A DNA stretch of 35,925 bases from the NCBI GenBank assembly GCA_000708835.1, contig DF237514.1, positions 1 to 35,925 on the forward strand, written 5' to 3'. The notes below the pieces were generated by a model. The model saw only the letters and a list, made by a program, of their open reading frames with translations, was not told where the DNA came from and did not search any database. Both the position numbers and the translations under genes were made by a program. Shown here one piece after another: positions 31,439 to 35,925 of this stretch (its first letter is position 1; every line of letters starts with the position of its first letter). Source of the stretch: Klebsormidium nitens (taxonomy: Eukaryota; Plantae; Klebsormidiophyceae).

Positions 31439-34400
31439 TGGCTGACCGGTGGCCACAACAAGATGGCAGGCCAGATCTACCCAGAACTGAATCAGGTAGC
31501 GATGCCGGCTCCGACACTCATCCGAAAGCAAGTGATGATCCAATCCAGAGTCCGCTCGCATCAGCAAGCTCCGGGGGTAGGGCCAGGGGCCTTGCAGAGC
31601 TTCCTGCCGTGAGGGAGGTCCTCCTGGGGACAATTGACAGGCCGTCGCCCGACTTGCAGGCTCTGTATCAGGCGTCAGGAACCTCGGTTGATGAGCTGCT
31701 GGAGCAGAAGAAAGCAATAGACTGCTTGGCGTCGGCGTCACTTATTAACGCAGGCGTGCAGCGCCAGAAGAAAGGTGACAGTGACCCTGGCAGGAAGCGG
31801 AGCAGAAGCAAGGCGGAGGAGGGCCACGGTGGCCAAGAAGGGGGCGCGGACCTGAACGACTCTGGGTCAGAGAAGCCGAGCAAGACCACTACAATTTGGA
31901 CAGAAGATGTGAGTCGGATTCTCACGCTTCTTCGCAGAATGCGTCCTTGTGATGGCGCCGCATCATCATGGTGTTGCAACTGCAGCAGAAGCACTGCTCA
32001 ATCCCTGATTGCAGAACTTGCTTCCCAACTGGCCAGCTATGTTCAACGCTTATTGTTCTCGTAGCTATGTTCAACGCTTATTGTTCTCGTCGTCATGTCC
32101 TGCTTGTTGAATGCGAAGAGCGGCGTCACCAGAATCAAGAGCGCGTTTGGAGTTACTGAAGTCTCTTGCCTATAGCATTCAATGGTCCCTGCTCATGACC
32201 AGGTTTACAAGACAACGGCTTCCAATAGCGATGCAAATTGTCAACTTCGCAGAGTAAGAAGTTTCCTGCTAAGAGTGCTCTCGTGTCACCGGCTGCTAGT
32301 GCTCATTCAGTCTCGAATCGCATTGCAGGAGGATAAGTTGCTGTACGAACTTGTTGCACGCTTTGGCACGTCCAAGTAAGCAGCGATCCTTGGTGCGACA
32401 TGTGGACTTACATGAGTATTAATAGACTCTATCCAAGTGTGGAGACAAACAAGCTTGTCATTTCCATGCGAGAGTTGCACAAGCACAAGAATTTGCTCAC
32501 CTGCCTTTGGTCAATTGATGCGTCACAACTCCTGTGTTTCATTGACCTCATCAGATACTAAATGTGGTGGAAGAAGTTCGCTCGGAAGTTGATGAATGTA
32601 GCATGCGCCTAATCTGCCTCGCATGCTGTTGCAGATGGTCTCTGGTTGCTTCCAAGTTTGAAAACAAGACAAATAAGCAATGCAGGAGAAGGTGAGCTTT
32701 GCTGCAAGCTTGACGGGCTCAGGCATCTTCTGAATCCGTTAGAAAGATGAAGTGTATGCTCCTGCTTCTTGTCTTGGTTCATTTGTTCTGATATATATCC
32801 TGGTATCTGCTAGCACCATTGTGAGGGGGATCGAAGCCAATTCAAAGTCGTTCTCTAGCAACATGCTACTTGAGGGCTGAACTTCCTGCTCGTTTTCCAA
32901 GTCATAAGAGCATGTGTCACAAGAGGCTTTTGTTTTGGGTGCACTCCCTTTGCTCCGTCCTCTCTTCCCCATAAGTCTTGGACATGTCAGGCACGTAACT
33001 GGAGCTGAGCAGTAATTGCATTGCAAGCAGAGCACGCCAGCTAGTGCAGCTGATTGTGCCATAGTGTCACTTCATGGAGACGCCATTCTTGCAGTAGAGA
33101 GAAGAGTCCTGTCCGCTTTTGAAATTGACAGAAGCAATCGCTCTTCACACTGCGTTCTTCTTATGTTTCATCAAATGTGGCTTTTGTCTACTCAATTCAT
33201 TTCTTTGCTGACTTCTGGTGCCATGTTCAGGTGGCAAACGTGTTCCAATGTAATGGGAGCCAAAGGCGCCTGGACAGCGGAAGAAGACAACCAGCTCATC
33301 GAGGGGCACGCGTTCTTCGGGAACCGCTGGACGGACATTGCAAAGCTTGTGCCGGGGAGGTGAGGGGCATGCCTGTCTTTCTTTCGTCTGCCGCTGCATT
33401 TTTGGACGAATCCTGGTTCCTCCATGAAATGCGCCAGCGACATGTATGGGCGTTCGTTTGCCATGCCATCCTTCTCCCATGCCATGCCAAGTCATCCTTC
33501 AGAGCGATGTTCCAGTTTGGGCCGCCAGAGGAGACGTTGAACCGCGGGACTCTCCTTCTTCAAGCAACGGTAGTGCTCCACATAGGTGCAATATTCTCGG
33601 TGGTTGTTTCCTTAGGCACCTTGTGTCCTGCTGGGGTTATTCTTGGTATGGCAGCTCTTCATCGAGAATAGCAAGAATACCCGTCTTGCTGCTCGGCTGC
33701 ATCTGTAGTCCTTGAATCAGACCTCTGCTTTTGTGACAGAACTCCGCCACCTCGTTTATGCAACTCCGTTCGTCTTCTGCTCATGACGGTCTTAGCCCCG
33801 GTGCTTTGGTCGTAGTAGTGTTAGCGTTTCAAATCTGTTGTGATACTGGCAGCCTTTCTTAGTCGAAAAAAGACTACGGGACTTCATCGCAGCCTTCCTT
33901 GTCAACGGGTACCGTTTTCTGATCTAGAAACGGGTCGGTTTACAGGACGGACAACGCCGCCAAGAACCGGTACTTTGCGCTGCTGCGGAAGCAGGCGGCG
34001 TCCGCAAAAGCCGGCAAGCCGTCCGAAGAGGAGGGGGGAAGTGGTCTCGCAGTGCTGTCCGAAGACCAGCAAGTGGACCCTAGAATAGCGTCCGCAATCC
34101 TGCAAGCATCCCCAGGAGCTCGCAGGTAAGAAAGCAGCTCCTCGAAGCTCGTTGCCTCCGTTTTCAATGCCCTGCGGTCTAGCTCTGGTTCGGTTTTCGT
34201 TGGAGGAGCTTCGTCGTGCCGTGTATGCTGACAGTGTATTGCTCGTTGGTATGGTTGGAGCAAGTTCCAACGACCTACGAATTGCAGCAAACCGTGGTTT
34301 CTCTCTTGTTCCATGCTGACAGGAAAAAGATTTGTCAGGTTCCTAAAACCCCAAGGCCTTAGACCGTTCAGCCACCATGCCTGCGATCCGATCACGTCTT

Positions 34401-35102
34401 AGCGTCCTTAGGTAGATCAGCCAGTACGCTGGTTCGGGGTTCTGTCTCAAGCCGTCCGAGATCTTGGACCATTTGCACACACTTGGGGCCCGCAAACACC
34501 AACTTCTTCATACGTTTACCAACAAGTAAACGTTTCCGGCTTGTCGACTCGTCTCTTTTGGCCAGCAAGTCGCGCTTTCGCCAACGCATTTCACTCTCCT
34601 CTGCAGCGAGCTGCCCGGCCAGAAGCGGAATCGACCGAGCGACGACTTTTCCGCGGAAGAGGTCGAGGAGCGGGTGAGCCCCCGCTTCCGGGGGGGCGCG
34701 GCAGAGCCGTCTCTCGGGCGCCTCCAGGGGCTGTTTTTCCCCCTCGAAGCGGGGCTGGAACCGGGCCCTCAATTCGGACAGGGCCTGAACCTCAATCTTC
34801 CAGAAGCGCGCTTTCTGCAGCAGCAGAAGGGCGCGCAAGAGTTCCGGTTTCGGCGGCCTGAGGGCCCGCAACCCGGCATCAGCTTCTCACGGCCAGAGGA
34901 GCTTCCAGGGTACTTCCCACCCCGCGAGGGTCTGCGTCAGCCACACGTCGACGCCGCTCCCTTGCCAGTCATCCCCAGACCGGACGGCGCCGAAGGGGGA
35001 GCTGCAGGGGAGGGGGGAGATGCGCGACAACCCCGGCAGGAAGCGTCGAGGAAAGAGTCTCTTGACCTTGACCTAAATAGCACGCCACTCAAGTGGTTGT
35101 GA
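31438..35102 (+). CDS. R2R3-MYB transcription factor, FOUR LIPS/MYB88-like, 459 aa, 6 coding exons, with C-terminal EAR motifs
   Basis: Exons 31438-31908, 32329-32375, 32635-32691, 33231-33359, 33946-34125 and 34607-35102, GT-AG, phases 0,2,2,2,2, 1380 nt. R2: WTEDEDKLLYELVARFGTSKWSLVASKFENKTNKQCRRRW. R3: GAWTAEEDNQLIEGHAFFGNRWTDIAKLVPGRTDNAAKNRY. ASKF..K...QCRRRW is the FLP/MYB88 clade hallmark. LNLNLP at 34785-34802 and LDLDLNSTP at 35061-35087. Confidence 0.9.
32035..32090. repeat. Perfect 28-bp tandem duplication in the first MYB coding intron
   Basis: agctatgttcaacgcttattgttctcgt x2 (32035-32062, 32063-32090). Confidence 0.95.
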
Positions 35103-35925
35103 GGAGTCGAGCGTTGAGACGACGTGCTTCTTGACCTCGGGCTCGGTTTGGTAGTTATTGTAGGTTGTTGGTGTGGCACCCACAGAGAGTGTATAGTATG
35201 ATGTGGGGGTTACGCGTATCTTGTTCCGCTCCGAATGATCAGGCAAGGAGCGGCATAGTGCACCCAGGCGGGTGCCTTAGGTCAACAACCTGCCTCACGA
35301 CAGTCAATACGGAATACGGGCTCGGGCCTTGTCTCCTCCTGGACAAGGCACTGGCTTTTATAGGGCAAGAGGAGAGGCTTTCTTGGCGTTTGCCGAGGCT
35401 TTGTTGTTAGGGTAAAAGTATGAAGATTGACGTTACCACAACACATTTTAAATGAATTAGTTGCATAAGAGTTGCAGTACATTGGACTCCGAATTAGTAG
35501 GTACATAGATGGAGGAATCTGTTTGAGTTTCTAAGTAAATGCTCATAGGCGGTTTGAACGATTGTAGCTCCACTTCCATTTGTCGATCACTAGCAATGAC
35601 AGTCAGTCTAAAAGACAGAGAAAGATAAAGGTCCAGAAGAATTGAACGACGTTGACCTGCTCAAGTTTGGTTAGGGTGTATTCTTTGTTAATCCTTTTTG
35701 CCGCTACAATTGTTTGATGAGAAACTTGTCAATTTCTTATGAGTAAACAAGATTGTCGGATCACAACATATGTAACTTACATATAGCCAATGTGTTGCAC
35801 ATTAATTGCATGTTTGAATTAAGACGAACCTGTGGAGGCAAGCATGCAAACATCGGTCACTAGCTTCAACACCGAAGATACGAACTATAGTGTAACTACA
35901 GGCAGTGATCTGGCATGATGCCATA

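Overview
This window is intron-rich eukaryotic nuclear DNA. The gene set and splice style best fit a streptophyte green alga such as Klebsormidium; that is an inference, with no database check. I assembled seven spliced protein-coding genes by hand, with GT/GC-AG junctions and consistent phases. In order they are SmF (-), the p23/SBA1 Hsp90 co-chaperone (+), an ABHD10-like alpha/beta hydrolase (-), an uncharacterised 151-aa basic/coiled-coil protein (-), AIDA (+), a DUF6737-like putative plastid membrane protein (-) and a FLP/MYB88-like R2R3-MYB with EAR motifs (+). A 255-bp Tc1/mariner-type MITE with perfect TIRs and TA flanks lies at 16154-16408. Most ORFs in the supplied track are shadows or intronic noise. 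Two patterns are not explained by the genes. (1) Coding-exon boundaries are repeatedly 'echoed' as decaying tandem copies in the adjacent intron or UTR, seen in 5 of the 7 genes and up to six units, with some decoy donors folded into hairpins. (2) Promoter-side intergenic DNA carries chains of TA-(CC/GG/CCG/CGG)-TA that match the excision footprints predicted for the MITE's own termini. There is no rRNA, tRNA or CRISPR array that I can support.
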